Source of the DNA: Planctomycetota bacterium
GTDB taxonomy: Bacteria > Planctomycetota > UBA1135 > UBA2386
Assembly: GCA_046290465.1 (NCBI GenBank)
Contig: JBKAGP010000001.1
Span: 3,584,001-3,648,000, forward strand
Direction: 5' to 3'
DNA: 64,000 nt
Below the pieces are notes generated by a model that saw only the letters and a list, made by a program, of their open reading frames with translations, was not told the DNA's origin and made no database searches. Each line of letters opens with the position of its first letter. Positions within the stretch are counted from its first letter, which is position 1. Shown here piece by piece: positions 1-9,974 of the stretch. The translations under genes and the position numbers were made by a program.

Positions 1-1
1 G

Positions 2-850
2 CAACTCGTCGCGGTCCAGGGCAAGCGCCGTTCGAAGCCGTTCGGCCTGACGATCGTCGTCGACACCGAGAAGCCGACGCTGCGCGCCGACGCCGTGCCG
101 CCGGCCGCGGCCGGCACCGAGGTCGTCGTGCGCGGCACCTGGTCCGACAACGTCGGGGTGCGTTCGATCGGCGCGATCGGTGGCGACGCTCCGAAGGCGA
201 AGGTCACCCGCGACACGCCGCGCAGCGGCAGCTTCGAACTGCGCCTGACCGTCGGCGGGCAGAGCCGCAAGGTGCCGCTGCTGATCGAGGACGAGGCCGG
301 CAACACGACGCAGACGCTGGTGACGATCGCGACCGCCACCGCGAGCCCGGTCGTGGTCGAGCCCGACCGGCCGACGCTCGCGCGCACGATCGACGCCGGC
401 CAGTTCGAGGCGATCGGCGCGCTCAACCGCGCCGGCTACCCGAAGGCGCTCCGGCACAAGGCCACGCGCATCGAGCTGCTGGCGGTCGACCTGCCGGACG
501 ACGGCGCGCCAACGCTCTACGTCGGTCGCGAGGTCGTCAGCGACGTGCAGTGGAACGGCGACGGCGACGGCAGCAACCAGGGCAGCCTGACCTGGCTGGA
601 CGTCAACTCGAGGCTGCGCGAAGCGCGCTTCGCCGGCCTGCGCCTGCCCACCAAGCAGGAGTGGCAGCGCATCCGTTCTGCCAACGTCTCAGGCATCAAG
701 ATCGGCGGCGCCCGCGAGTGGCTCGCCCAGTCGCCCGACGAGAGCGTCGACATGCGCCCCCTGTGGGACGGCAGGCAGGTGACCGCCGCCAAGCTACGCT
801 TCTCCGACAGCTACACCGGCTTCCGCGTCGTCTTCGCCCCCACCCGCTGA
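2..850 (+). CDS. 5'-truncated protein with Ig-like repeats and a degenerate C-terminal FGE/SUMF1-like domain
   Basis: Frame is open from the window edge. It contains DEAGN (Ig-like) and RLPTKQEW...GGAREWL...TGFRVV, resembling the RLPTEAEWE/GNVxEW/GFR motifs of the FGE-sulfatase domain. Confidence 0.6.
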   Translation, partial: QLVAVQGKRRSKPFGLTIVVDTEKPTLRADAVPPAAAGTEVVVRGTWSDNVGVRSIGAIGGDAPKAKVTRDTPRSGSFELRLTVGGQSRKVPLLIEDEAGNTTQTLVTIATATASPVVVEPDRPTLARTIDAGQFEAIGALNRAGYPKALRHKATRIELLAVDLPDDGAPTLYVGREVVSDVQWNGDGDGSNQGSLTWLDVNSRLREARFAGLRLPTKQEWQRIRSANVSGIKIGGAREWLAQSPDESVDMRPLWDGRQVTAAKLRFSDSYTGFRVVFAPTR

Positions 851-875
851 AGGCCACCGAACGACCAGCCACCAA

Positions 876-975
876 CCACCGCATACCGAACCGGGTTCAT
901 CCTGCGCCACTTGCCGCGCCTTGCGCGCAAGGCGCGGCAAGTGGCGCAGGATGAACCCGGTTCGGTATGCGGTGG
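876..975. repeat. Perfect 100-bp palindrome (50-bp arms, no spacer) between convergent genes
   Basis: 876-925 is the exact reverse complement of 926-975; the centre is TTGCG|CGCAA. Confidence 0.97.
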
Positions 976-977
976 GG

Positions 978-1880
978 TCAGAAGCGCACGCCGGCGGTCA
1001 GCATGACGCCGTTCCAGTCGTCGTCGACGCCGAAGAAGACCGCGTTGTTGTAGGTCTCGGTCGTGCCGACGTGGTACTTGCTGCCGACGTAGCTGAGGCT
1101 CGTCAGCAGGCCGAACGCGAAGCGGTAGCGGACGCCGAACTCGTAGTCGAGCGTGAAGGAGTAGCCCTCTTCGCTGTCGACGTTGTCCTCGACGTCGGTC
1201 GCGCCGGCACCGGCGGCGATCTCGGCGAACACCGACAGCTCGCTGATCTTGCCGTCGTGGTTGTTCTGCATCAGGATGACCTCGGGCTCCGCGGACAGCC
1301 GCACGCCCACCGTCGTGCGCTCGATCGCGCCATCGGTGAACCCGGCGTTGTCCTGCTCCGTCATCCGCATGAACGGTCCGAAGCGCACCGGCAGGCGGAA
1401 GTCGTCGTCCATCGTCGCGCGGAACGTCGCCGCGAGGAACAGACCCGAGCTGTCGTACGACGAGTCCGTCGCCCCCAGGTCCTCGTCGATGTCGTCCGCC
1501 AGCCCGAGGAAGCCCTCCGCGAAGATGCCGAAGCCCGACTGGAAGAAGTGCTCACCGCGCAGACGGAATCGCTGCGACGACGCGCTGCGCGCGGTCACCG
1601 GCGGGGTGCCGAGCGGATTGCCGGTGTTGACCTCGAGGGTCTGGTCGCCGATGCCGAGCCCGAACGTCACCATCGTGCGCGGGTGGATCTGGTCGATGTC
1701 GGGCAGCGCGTCCTGCGGCGGCGCTGCGACGTTGGCCAGCGGCGTCGGGCTCGCGGCGAACGAGGCCGGCTCGGTCGCCCAGCCCGCGGCGCGATGGCCG
1801 GGTGCTGCGCAGCTCGCCATCAGGGCGGCGAGGGCGAGGAGAGACGTAGGGAGAAGACGGTTCGATGCGGTTGGGTGCAT
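978..1880 (-). CDS. Putative outer-membrane beta-barrel protein with lipoprotein-type signal
   Basis: ATG at 1880 (MHPTASNRLLPTSLLALAALMASC), amphipathic beta-strands, C-terminal ...MLTAGVRF. The upstream part of track ORF 978..2555 overlaps another gene and is spurious. Confidence 0.65.
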   Translation of the reverse strand: MHPTASNRLLPTSLLALAALMASCAAPGHRAAGWATEPASFAASPTPLANVAAPPQDALPDIDQIHPRTMVTFGLGIGDQTLEVNTGNPLGTPPVTARSASSQRFRLRGEHFFQSGFGIFAEGFLGLADDIDEDLGATDSSYDSSGLFLAATFRATMDDDFRLPVRFGPFMRMTEQDNAGFTDGAIERTTVGVRLSAEPEVILMQNNHDGKISELSVFAEIAAGAGATDVEDNVDSEEGYSFTLDYEFGVRYRFAFGLLTSLSYVGSKYHVGTTETYNNAVFFGVDDDWNGVMLTAGVRF

Positions 1881-1944
1881 GTCTCGGATCCGGATGCGAA
1901 GGCGTGGCGCGCACGAGTCTAGGCACCCGCCCGCCGGTTCTCCG

Positions 1945-2919
1945 TCACCCGTGATGGTTTTCGCGCAGGCAACGGCGCCCGGATCGTCGCGTTGCAGCGA
2001 GACATGCAACCGCGATGTAACCCGTCGCGACCGACGCACCGAGCGCCCACGACCAATCCTCGTCGGGCCACCAGATCGTGAGCGGCCAGAACACCAGCAC
2101 CAGGTGCGCGAGGTAGTGCTGCAGCGACCAGCGACCGACCACCGCGAGGATCCGAGACCGCAGCCGCAGCAGGTAGAGCGACGCGATCGACGCACAGGCA
2201 GCGCCACCCCACAGCAGCACGAACGGCAGCGAGGTCGGCTGCCAGGTGACGTCGAGGTGCGCCGCGACACCACCCGCCTCGGCATCGCCCCAGCGATCGC
2301 ACACCAGCGCGGCGAGCATCGCCACGAGCCCCACCACCAGCCAGGCGCACAGCGCGCGCCGCGACCAACGCGCGCGACCGAGCCGCAGACCGAGCAGCGG
2401 AAACGCCAGCCAGGGCAACAACGGGTAGGCGCCGTGCAGCACGAAGTAGCGCAGCGTGTGCATGCCCAGCGAGTGGTTCGCCTCGTGCGTGCCGTCGGCG
2501 CGGATCTCGGTCCACGCAAAGCCACCCCACGACGCGGTCGCCCACGGCACCGCACCCAGCAGCGCCGACAACACCAACCACGTCACCTGCGGCCGCCCGC
2601 GCAGCAGGGCGACGACCGGCAGCATGCAGGCGATCGGGATCAGGATGTCGTTGGGCCAGACCCACACCCAGAACGGCAGCCCGAGCAGCACCAAAGACGC
2701 GGCGCGCCGCACCACCGCGCGCAAGTTCCGTTCGCCGCCGGCCGCGGCGCTGACCCCGACCAGCATCGTGAACATCGCGGCCGGCAGCGCGTCGAATGCC
2801 CACACCGAAGTCCACGGTCCGTCGTCGGGCACGAAGTGCACCCAGACCATCAGCAGCACCGCCAGCCCGCGCGCGGCGTCGAGGGTCTCGTCACGGCGCG
2901 ATGCGGGCGCGGCGTCCAT
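1945..2919 (-). CDS. DUF1624/DUF418-like (HGSNAT-related) multi-pass membrane protein, putative acyltransferase
   Basis: N-terminal RDETLDAARGLAVLLMVWVHF, F-x-x-L-V-G-V-S, YPLLPWLAFPLLG, GRWSLQHYLAH; many hydrophobic segments. Confidence 0.7.
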   Translation of the reverse strand: MDAAPASRRDETLDAARGLAVLLMVWVHFVPDDGPWTSVWAFDALPAAMFTMLVGVSAAAGGERNLRAVVRRAASLVLLGLPFWVWVWPNDILIPIACMLPVVALLRGRPQVTWLVLSALLGAVPWATASWGGFAWTEIRADGTHEANHSLGMHTLRYFVLHGAYPLLPWLAFPLLGLRLGRARWSRRALCAWLVVGLVAMLAALVCDRWGDAEAGGVAAHLDVTWQPTSLPFVLLWGGAACASIASLYLLRLRSRILAVVGRWSLQHYLAHLVLVFWPLTIWWPDEDWSWALGASVATGYIAVACLAATRRSGRRCLRENHHG

Positions 2920-2929
2920 CGCGGCAAGG

Positions 2930-5900
2930 CTACGTGATCTCGTCGGTCGGCGCGCCGGCGTAGCGGCGGGCCGGCAACAGGCGTTCGCGCTTCATGACGA
3001 CGCTGTGCGGCATCACGTGCGCGTCGTCGCCGACGTCCGCGCCGTAGAGCACGACGGCGCCGCGACCGACCGTGCAGCGCGCGCCGAGGCGGACGCGATC
3101 GATCTTGAGCACGCGATCCTCGAAGCTGTGCGCCTGGAACAGCGCGTGCACCGTGGCGCCGTCCTCGATCGTGATCATGTCCGGATCGACGACCTGCGCG
3201 AAGCCGTCGCCGAGCACGCAGCGACGGCCGATGCGCATGCCCATCGCGCGCAGGTACCACGGCAGCAGCAGCGTGCCTTCGAGCGGCGTCAGCAGCGCGC
3301 GCCCATAGCGTTGCCACATCACGTAGTGGAAGTCCCAGCGGCTCGCCCAGCACGACCACAGCCCGTGCTGCCCCGGCCGGACACGACCGAGCAGCAGCCA
3401 CTTGGTCCCCAGCACCACCGCGGCCAGCGCCGCCGCGGCGGTAGCCGTCGCCGCGAGCACGCCGCCGAAGCCCCACGCGGCAAACGCGTCGAACCACCAC
3501 AGCGCCAGCGCCGTCGGCAACGCCGGCAGCGCGAACCGCAGCGCCTCCCAGAACAGCCGGTTGACGACCCGCAGCGGCCCCGGTTCGTAGGTCAGGCGAC
3601 GGTCGACGGCGACGACCTCGCGCTGCGGCAGCGAAAACGCAGGGTGGCCGAACCACGACGATCCGGCGCGCATCGTCGCGTCGTCCGCGACCGTGCTGAT
3701 GCCGAGCAACAGGTCGTCCGGCAGGCGTTGGCCCTGTTCGACGACCACGTGGTTGCCGACGAACGTCCGCGCACCGAGCGACGTCGAGCCGACCGTCACC
3801 AGCCCCTGGTGGATGCGCGGCACGCCGAGGTAGACGCCGTCGGCCAAGAACGAATGGCCGCCCAGCGACGTGCGTTCGGGCAGCACGTCGTGGATCGAAC
3901 TGACCTCGACGTCGTGCGCCACCCGCATGCCCGCCAGCCGCAGCCAGCGCGGCCAGAACAACGTGCCCGACAGCCACTCGCCGGCGTCCTCGAGCCACCG
4001 CATGCGCACCGTCATCCACCAGTGCCGCAGCGACCAGCGCGAGAACGTTCCTTCGGCCACGCCCGGCAGCAGACGCAGCAGCAGCGCGATCTGCAGCACG
4101 CCGAGCGGCACCGCCAGCAGCGACGCCGCCACCAACCAACCGAACAGCGCCGGCGTCGACGACGGCCCGTCGACGAGCAACCACTGGCGCACCGCGGCGC
4201 CGTCGACGGCGAACGTGTCGGCCAGCAGCCAGGCAACCAGCGCCCACGGCAGCCAGACCAGCGCCGAGCCGAACAGTCGCAGCGCCAGCACCGCGATCGA
4301 ATAGCGCCACGCGCGGCCCGCGCCGGCTCGCGGCGCCCGCGGCGCCTGCCCGACCGTCTCGGCGGGCACCCCGTCGACGACGTGGCCCGCCGCGACGCGC
4401 ATCCCCGACGGAACGAACGTCAGCGGCCGCACGATCGCACCGGCGCCGACCTCGGCGTCCGGGCCGATGCCCGAACGCGCCTCCAGCGTCGCGCCGGCAC
4501 CGATCCGCACCGCCCCGACCACCAACTCGCCGTCGTCGAGTTCGCAGGTGCCGAGCTCGACGTCGCGGCCGAGCGTCACGTCGTCACCGAGGTCGAGCAA
4601 GTCCCAGCCGCCGTCGTGCAGCGCGACGCCGCGGTGCACGTGCACGCGCCGGCCGACGCGCGCGCCGAGCAGGCGCAGCACGACCGACTGCAGTTCGGTG
4701 CCCTCGAGCCAACCCCACGGCACCAGCTGCGCCAGCCGCGCCACGATCCAGTGGCGCAACCGCATTGCGCTCCACGCGGACACGCGGCCCGGCCGGTAGC
4801 GGCCGATCAGCGTCCACTTCGCCACCACCGCGGCGACGACCCCGAGAGCGCCGAACGCGACCCGCGTCACCGGCACGAGCCAGGGCAACGCGAACAGCAC
4901 CACCACCAGCGGCAGCGACAGCAGCCACGGCAGCAGCCAGGCGGCAAGGCCCCACATCGCTCCCGACGCCGCCAGCAGCAGCCCGGACAGAAACAGCACC
5001 TGCACCAGCGAGAACGCCGCGAGGCTGCCCTGCGCCGAACCGTGCGTCGAAGCATCCACCGAGCGGTCGACGCCACTGCCTGCGCGCGTGCCGACGGCCG
5101 CGAGCAGCCCGGCGACGGTCGGCGTCCGGTAGACGTCGCGCACCGCGACGGCCTGCAGCGCCCGGTGATCGCGCAGCCGCGACACCAGCATCGCCGCGCG
5201 CAGCGAGTTGCCGCCGCACGCGAAGAAGTCGTCGTCGTCCGCGAGCCGCTCGGCGGGCAGACCGAGCACTTCGCCAAAGCCGCGACGCAGCGCGGCGTGG
5301 GCCGTGCCGTCGTCGACGAACGTGTCGGCGACCGCCGTGACCTCGATCGGCGGCAGCTGCTTGCGCGAGACCTTGCCGCCGACGGTGCGCGGCAGGCTGC
5401 GCAGCCAGGCGAAGTGCGCCGGCACCATGTAGGCCGGCAGCTCGCTCGCGACGGCCTGCGTCAGCGCTGCGACCTCGGGGCGCGCGGCGTCGTCGGCCGG
5501 CACCACGTGCGCGACCAGGAAGCGCTCGGGTTCGTTGCCCTGCACGGCCAGCGCGACCTCGCGCACGCCGGGGCAGCGCGCCAGCACCGTTTCGATCGCC
5601 TCGAGCTCGATGCGATAGCCGCGCACCTTGACCTGCGCGTCGATCCGGCCGTGGTAGTGCAGCCGGCCCCGTTGGTCGACCGTGACCAGGTCCCCGGTGC
5701 GGTAGACGCGGCCGATGCCGGGCAGCGTCGGGAAGCGCTGCTCGGTCAGTTCGTCGAGCCCGAGATAGCCGCGCGCCAGCCCCGGCCCGGCGATGCACAG
5801 CTCCCCGGGCCACCCGGGTGGGACCGGCTGCAGCTGCTCGTCGAGCACGTGCGCGACGTGCGGCGGAACCGGCGCGCCGATCGTGACCGGCTCGCCGGGT

Positions 5901-6838
5901 AGTACCTGCCCGCGCACGACCGTGACCGTGCACTCGGTCGGCCCGTAGCCGTTCTCGAGTCGCAGCGCGCCGCCCCAGACCTCGGCCAGGTCGTCGGACA
6001 GCGACTCGCCGCCGACGTAGCACATGCGCAGCTCGGGCAGTTCGTCACGCGGCGAACGGCAGGCCATCGTGCGCAGCAGCGTCGGCGGTGGGCACAGGAT
6101 CGTGACGCGTTCGCGCCGTAGCCACGCGACCAGGTCCGGGCCGGACCGCACCGTCACGTCGTCCATCACGACGAGCGCCGCACCCGCGGCCAACGCCAGC
6201 CAGATCTCCTCGACCGACGAGTCGTAGGCCGGCGAACTGTTCTGCGACATCCGGTCGGTCGGCGACATCGCGAACCGCTGCAGGCCCTGCTCGATCAGGT
6301 TGACGACGCCGCGGTGCTCGACCAACACGCCCTTCGGCTTGCCGGTCGTGCCCGACGTGTAGATCGCATAGGCGAGGCTGCGTTCGGTGGACCACGCCGG
6401 CAGCGGCGCCGGCGCCCCCTGCAGCGGAGCGACCTCGTCGCAGGCCTCCGGCACGACGAACACCGGCACGCCGAAGCCGTCGAACCGCGCCCGCGAGGCT
6501 GCGTCGGTGATCACGCACACCGCGGCCGTGTCGCGCACAACGTGCGCGACGTGCGCATCCGGAAAGCCGCCGTCGAGACAGACGTGCGCCGCGCCGGCCC
6601 ACAGCACGCCGAGCTGCGCCGCGTAGAGCCACGGCGTCTCCCGCGGCAGCAGCACCACGACCATCGCCTCGCGGTCGACGTGCCCGAGCAGTTCGCGCCG
6701 CACGCGGTCGGCCATCGCGCACAGCTGCGCGTAGCGGACCTGTCGCCGTTCTGGCCGGTCCACGCCCGGCGGCACCTCGACCGCCAGCCGCTCGCCGTGC
6801 CGCGCGACACTTCGCAGGAACAGATCCGTCAGCAGCAT
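2930..6838 (-). CDS. Pls/PosA-family single-module membrane NRPS (epsilon-poly-L-lysine synthetase-like): A-T plus three TM/hexapeptide-like terminal domains
   Basis: A-domain motifs YTSGTTGKPKG, YDSSVEEIW, NGYGPTE, GELCIAGPGLARGY, YRTGD, GRIDAQVKVRGYRIE. T domain FFACGGNSL. Three repeated KWxLxGR..PG / LRLLGARVG-type domains separated by TM helices; no C or TE domain. Start is ATG 6838 or TTG 6844. Confidence 0.9.
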   Translation of the reverse strand: MLLTDLFLRSVARHGERLAVEVPPGVDRPERRQVRYAQLCAMADRVRRELLGHVDREAMVVVLLPRETPWLYAAQLGVLWAGAAHVCLDGGFPDAHVAHVVRDTAAVCVITDAASRARFDGFGVPVFVVPEACDEVAPLQGAPAPLPAWSTERSLAYAIYTSGTTGKPKGVLVEHRGVVNLIEQGLQRFAMSPTDRMSQNSSPAYDSSVEEIWLALAAGAALVVMDDVTVRSGPDLVAWLRRERVTILCPPPTLLRTMACRSPRDELPELRMCYVGGESLSDDLAEVWGGALRLENGYGPTECTVTVVRGQVLPGEPVTIGAPVPPHVAHVLDEQLQPVPPGWPGELCIAGPGLARGYLGLDELTEQRFPTLPGIGRVYRTGDLVTVDQRGRLHYHGRIDAQVKVRGYRIELEAIETVLARCPGVREVALAVQGNEPERFLVAHVVPADDAARPEVAALTQAVASELPAYMVPAHFAWLRSLPRTVGGKVSRKQLPPIEVTAVADTFVDDGTAHAALRRGFGEVLGLPAERLADDDDFFACGGNSLRAAMLVSRLRDHRALQAVAVRDVYRTPTVAGLLAAVGTRAGSGVDRSVDASTHGSAQGSLAAFSLVQVLFLSGLLLAASGAMWGLAAWLLPWLLSLPLVVVLFALPWLVPVTRVAFGALGVVAAVVAKWTLIGRYRPGRVSAWSAMRLRHWIVARLAQLVPWGWLEGTELQSVVLRLLGARVGRRVHVHRGVALHDGGWDLLDLGDDVTLGRDVELGTCELDDGELVVGAVRIGAGATLEARSGIGPDAEVGAGAIVRPLTFVPSGMRVAAGHVVDGVPAETVGQAPRAPRAGAGRAWRYSIAVLALRLFGSALVWLPWALVAWLLADTFAVDGAAVRQWLLVDGPSSTPALFGWLVAASLLAVPLGVLQIALLLRLLPGVAEGTFSRWSLRHWWMTVRMRWLEDAGEWLSGTLFWPRWLRLAGMRVAHDVEVSSIHDVLPERTSLGGHSFLADGVYLGVPRIHQGLVTVGSTSLGARTFVGNHVVVEQGQRLPDDLLLGISTVADDATMRAGSSWFGHPAFSLPQREVVAVDRRLTYEPGPLRVVNRLFWEALRFALPALPTALALWWFDAFAAWGFGGVLAATATAAAALAAVVLGTKWLLLGRVRPGQHGLWSCWASRWDFHYVMWQRYGRALLTPLEGTLLLPWYLRAMGMRIGRRCVLGDGFAQVVDPDMITIEDGATVHALFQAHSFEDRVLKIDRVRLGARCTVGRGAVVLYGADVGDDAHVMPHSVVMKRERLLPARRYAGAPTDEIT

Positions 6839-6884
6839 GGGCAACCGCGCGCATCATGGACCGCGACGACGTCCGCCGCCACGA

Positions 6885-7388
6885 TCACGCCTGCTGCAGC
6901 ATCGCCAGCACGTGCGACGACGCCAGCGGCAACACCCGACGCCGGACTTCGTCGTCGAGATGACGGAACCCGCGGATGAAGCCACGGCAGTCCACGGCGC
7001 CACAACCACACGCGAACGGTTCGGCCATGTCCCACTCGTTGGACTCGTAGTCGAACGTCACCTGTTCGCCCGCCCGGATCGCGCGGTTGGCGACCAGCGT
7101 GCGCTCGTGCAGCACCGCGTTGGGAGAGCACGCGTGGTTGAGGAAGCGCCACACGTAGCGATTGGCCCGCCCCTTCGGATCGACGTCGTGCGGCGCGTCG
7201 ACGTGACGACCGACCCCGACCTGCACCGAGTAACGCGTCGGCCGACGATAGATCTCGCCGTCGAGATAGAGGATCGCGCCACCGGCCGCGACGTCGACCG
7301 CGGCGACCAATGCCAACTCGCCATCGCGCTCGGTGACGCGCACGCGGCAGGCTGGATCGGCCGTCCGGGGATGCTCGAGGGGTTCCAT
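6885..7388 (-). CDS. SET-domain methyltransferase with post-SET Cys motif
   Basis: RFLNHACSPN, AIRAGEQVTFDY and post-SET FACGCGAVDCRG; ATG at 7388 (MEPLEHP). Confidence 0.88.
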   Translation of the reverse strand: MEPLEHPRTADPACRVRVTERDGELALVAAVDVAAGGAILYLDGEIYRRPTRYSVQVGVGRHVDAPHDVDPKGRANRYVWRFLNHACSPNAVLHERTLVANRAIRAGEQVTFDYESNEWDMAEPFACGCGAVDCRGFIRGFRHLDDEVRRRVLPLASSHVLAMLQQA

Positions 7389-7540
7389 GGCCAACGGTTG
7401 CCTGCCCGGCCCCGCGAGGGGACGCAAGAAACCGGCGATACGAACATCGACCCCCTACGAGAACCCGGCCCGACGCACACCAGCGTCGCGATGGCAACGG
7501 GCGCACGGCTACAATCCGCGCCAACTCGCCTCGCTCATCC

Positions 7541-9970
7541 ATGCGCACCGACCCCCTGCAATCGGACGCCGTGGAGCTGCTCCGCCAATCGCTGGAACAT
7601 ACCTCGCCTCCAGCCCTGGTCGTCGACAGCTCTACCTGCACCATCGTCATCGCCAACGCCCTCGCCCGCGACGCCGGCTTCACCGCCGGCGACGACGCCG
7701 AGACCGGCCTGCTCGACCGGCTGACGCCGCCCGAGGCCGAACGAGAACCGCTCGCCAGCGCCCTGCGCAACCGGAAGGCGACCGTGGCTCGCTGGACCGG
7801 GCCGCACGGTCCGCTGACGCTGCGCCTGCAGCCGCTCGACACCGGCAACGACCCGCCCCTGGTGCAAGCGACCTGGTCGCTGCAGCCCGACACGCGCGGG
7901 GTCCCCGCCGACGCGTTCGTGCAGGCACAGCGCGAACTGCACGACTGGCTGGCGCGCACGCCGGTGACGCGCAGCAACCTCGACGGCGTCATCCGCGACC
8001 TGTGCGAACGGATCTGCGAGCTCTACGACCTCGAGCGTGCCGCGGTGTGGCTGTTCACCGACGACCAGCAGGAGCTGCGTTGCCGCGACCTGTTCCTCCG
8101 CTCGAAGCGCGAGCACCAGTGCTCTCAGCACCTGCACGCCAGCGAGTGCAGCGCCGAGTTCGAGACGCTGCGCCGTTCGCTCTACGTCGACGTGCACGAT
8201 GTCGCGACCGACCCCCGCGCCGCTGGCTACCGCGACAGCTACCTCGGGCCGAACGGCATCACGTCGATGCTGGACGCGGTGATCCGCTTCGGCGGTCGCT
8301 GCTACGGCACCCTGTGCCTCGAGCACGTCGGCAAGCAGCACGTCTGGCAGCAGCACGAGATCGACTTCGCCTGCAAGATCGCGAGCTACCTCGCAACGGC
8401 CCTCGAGTCGCTGGCGCGCTCCGAGGCCGAGGCGAAGGTGCGCGAACGCGAGCAGTTCCTGCGCACGCTGATCGACGGCAGCCCGGTCGGCATCCAGGTG
8501 TTCGCACCGGACGGCACGTCGCGACGGATGAACACCGCGATGCAGCGCATCATCGGGCTGCCGTCGACGACTTACGACATCGGCAGCTACAACCTGCTCA
8601 ACGACCCGCAGGCGCAGAGCAGCGGCCTCGACGTGGTGTTCCGCCAGGCGCTCGCCGGACGCCCCAGCCAGATCGCGCGGCACGAAGTGCACCTCGGCGC
8701 CGACGGCTTCGAAGGCGGCGAACGTCGCCAGGATCCGTTCTGGCTCGAGTCGGTGTTCTTCCCGGTGCTCGACCAGGCCGACGAGGTCGAGGCGGTGGTC
8801 GTGTTCGCGTGGGAGGTGACCGACCGGGTCGACGCCGAACGCAAGCAGCAACAGCTACAGGAACAGCTGCGCCAGTCGCAGAAGCTCGAGGCCGTCGGCA
8901 AGCTCGCCGGCGGCGTCGCGCACGACTTCAACAACATCCTGACCGCGGTGCGCGGCTTCACCGACGTACTCGACATGGAGCTCGAACGTGGCGACGGCCG
9001 CCGCGAACTGGTCGAACAGATCCGCAAGGGGGCCGACCGCGGCGCCGCGCTGACGCAGCAACTGCTCGCGTTCGGCCAGCGGCAGATGACCCGCCTGGAG
9101 ACGATCGACGCCGGCAACGCCATCGTCGAGATGATGCCGATGTTGCGCCGCCTGCTGGAGGCCAACATCCACGTCGACGTGCTCGCATCGGCGTCCGCGA
9201 CGATCCACGCCGACCGCCACCAGCTGCAGCAGGTCCTGCTCAACCTGTTCGTCAACGCGCGCGACGCGATGGTCGACGGCGGCACCATCGAGGTCCGCAT
9301 CGGCCGCGTCGACGACGCCGACGGTGACGCCGGTGGCCAGATGAAGCTGACCGTGCGCGACGACGGCGAAGGCATGGACGAGGCGACGCTGCGCCAGGTG
9401 TTCGAGCCGTTCTTCACCACCAAGCCGGACGGCGTCGGCACCGGCCTCGGACTGTCGACCGTCTACGGCATCGTGCACGAGGCGGGCGGCACCATCACCG
9501 CGCACAGCGAACCGGGCGAGGGCACGTCCATCGAGATCCTGTGGCCGCTCGCGACCGAGACGGCGAGCCCGCAAACGCCGCACGCCACCCAACTGCACGC
9601 GCAGAACGGCGAGCGGGTGCTGGTCGTCGAGGACGACGACGCCAACCGCCAGCTCGCGACCCGCGTGCTGACGCGCTACGGCTACGACGTGTTGTCGGCG
9701 CCGGACGGGGAGACCGCGCTCGAACTCGTGACGAGCGAGGATCGCATCGACGTGATGCTGACCGACGTCGTCATGCCGGGCATCGGCGGGCGCCTGCTCG
9801 CGCAGGAGGCAGCCGCCGTTCGCCCGGACCTACGCATCGTCTTCACAAGTGGTTACACGAGCGACGACGTGCTCCGGCACGGCGTGCGCGAGCACCTGGT
9901 CGCCTTCTTGCCGAAGCCCTACTCGGCCCGACAACTCGCCGCGATCGTCGCCGAATCGCTACAACGGTGA
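7541..9970 (+). CDS. Cytoplasmic hybrid histidine kinase (GAF-PAS-HisKA-HATPase-REC)
   Basis: GAF (YLGPNGITSMLDAVI), LAGGVAHDFNNIL, FEPFFTTK, GTGLGL, receiver VLVVEDD...TDVVMPG...FLPKPY. Confidence 0.93.
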   Translation: MRTDPLQSDAVELLRQSLEHTSPPALVVDSSTCTIVIANALARDAGFTAGDDAETGLLDRLTPPEAEREPLASALRNRKATVARWTGPHGPLTLRLQPLDTGNDPPLVQATWSLQPDTRGVPADAFVQAQRELHDWLARTPVTRSNLDGVIRDLCERICELYDLERAAVWLFTDDQQELRCRDLFLRSKREHQCSQHLHASECSAEFETLRRSLYVDVHDVATDPRAAGYRDSYLGPNGITSMLDAVIRFGGRCYGTLCLEHVGKQHVWQQHEIDFACKIASYLATALESLARSEAEAKVREREQFLRTLIDGSPVGIQVFAPDGTSRRMNTAMQRIIGLPSTTYDIGSYNLLNDPQAQSSGLDVVFRQALAGRPSQIARHEVHLGADGFEGGERRQDPFWLESVFFPVLDQADEVEAVVVFAWEVTDRVDAERKQQQLQEQLRQSQKLEAVGKLAGGVAHDFNNILTAVRGFTDVLDMELERGDGRRELVEQIRKGADRGAALTQQLLAFGQRQMTRLETIDAGNAIVEMMPMLRRLLEANIHVDVLASASATIHADRHQLQQVLLNLFVNARDAMVDGGTIEVRIGRVDDADGDAGGQMKLTVRDDGEGMDEATLRQVFEPFFTTKPDGVGTGLGLSTVYGIVHEAGGTITAHSEPGEGTSIEILWPLATETASPQTPHATQLHAQNGERVLVVEDDDANRQLATRVLTRYGYDVLSAPDGETALELVTSEDRIDVMLTDVVMPGIGGRLLAQEAAAVRPDLRIVFTSGYTSDDVLRHGVREHLVAFLPKPYSARQLAAIVAESLQR

Positions 9971-9974
9971 TCAC

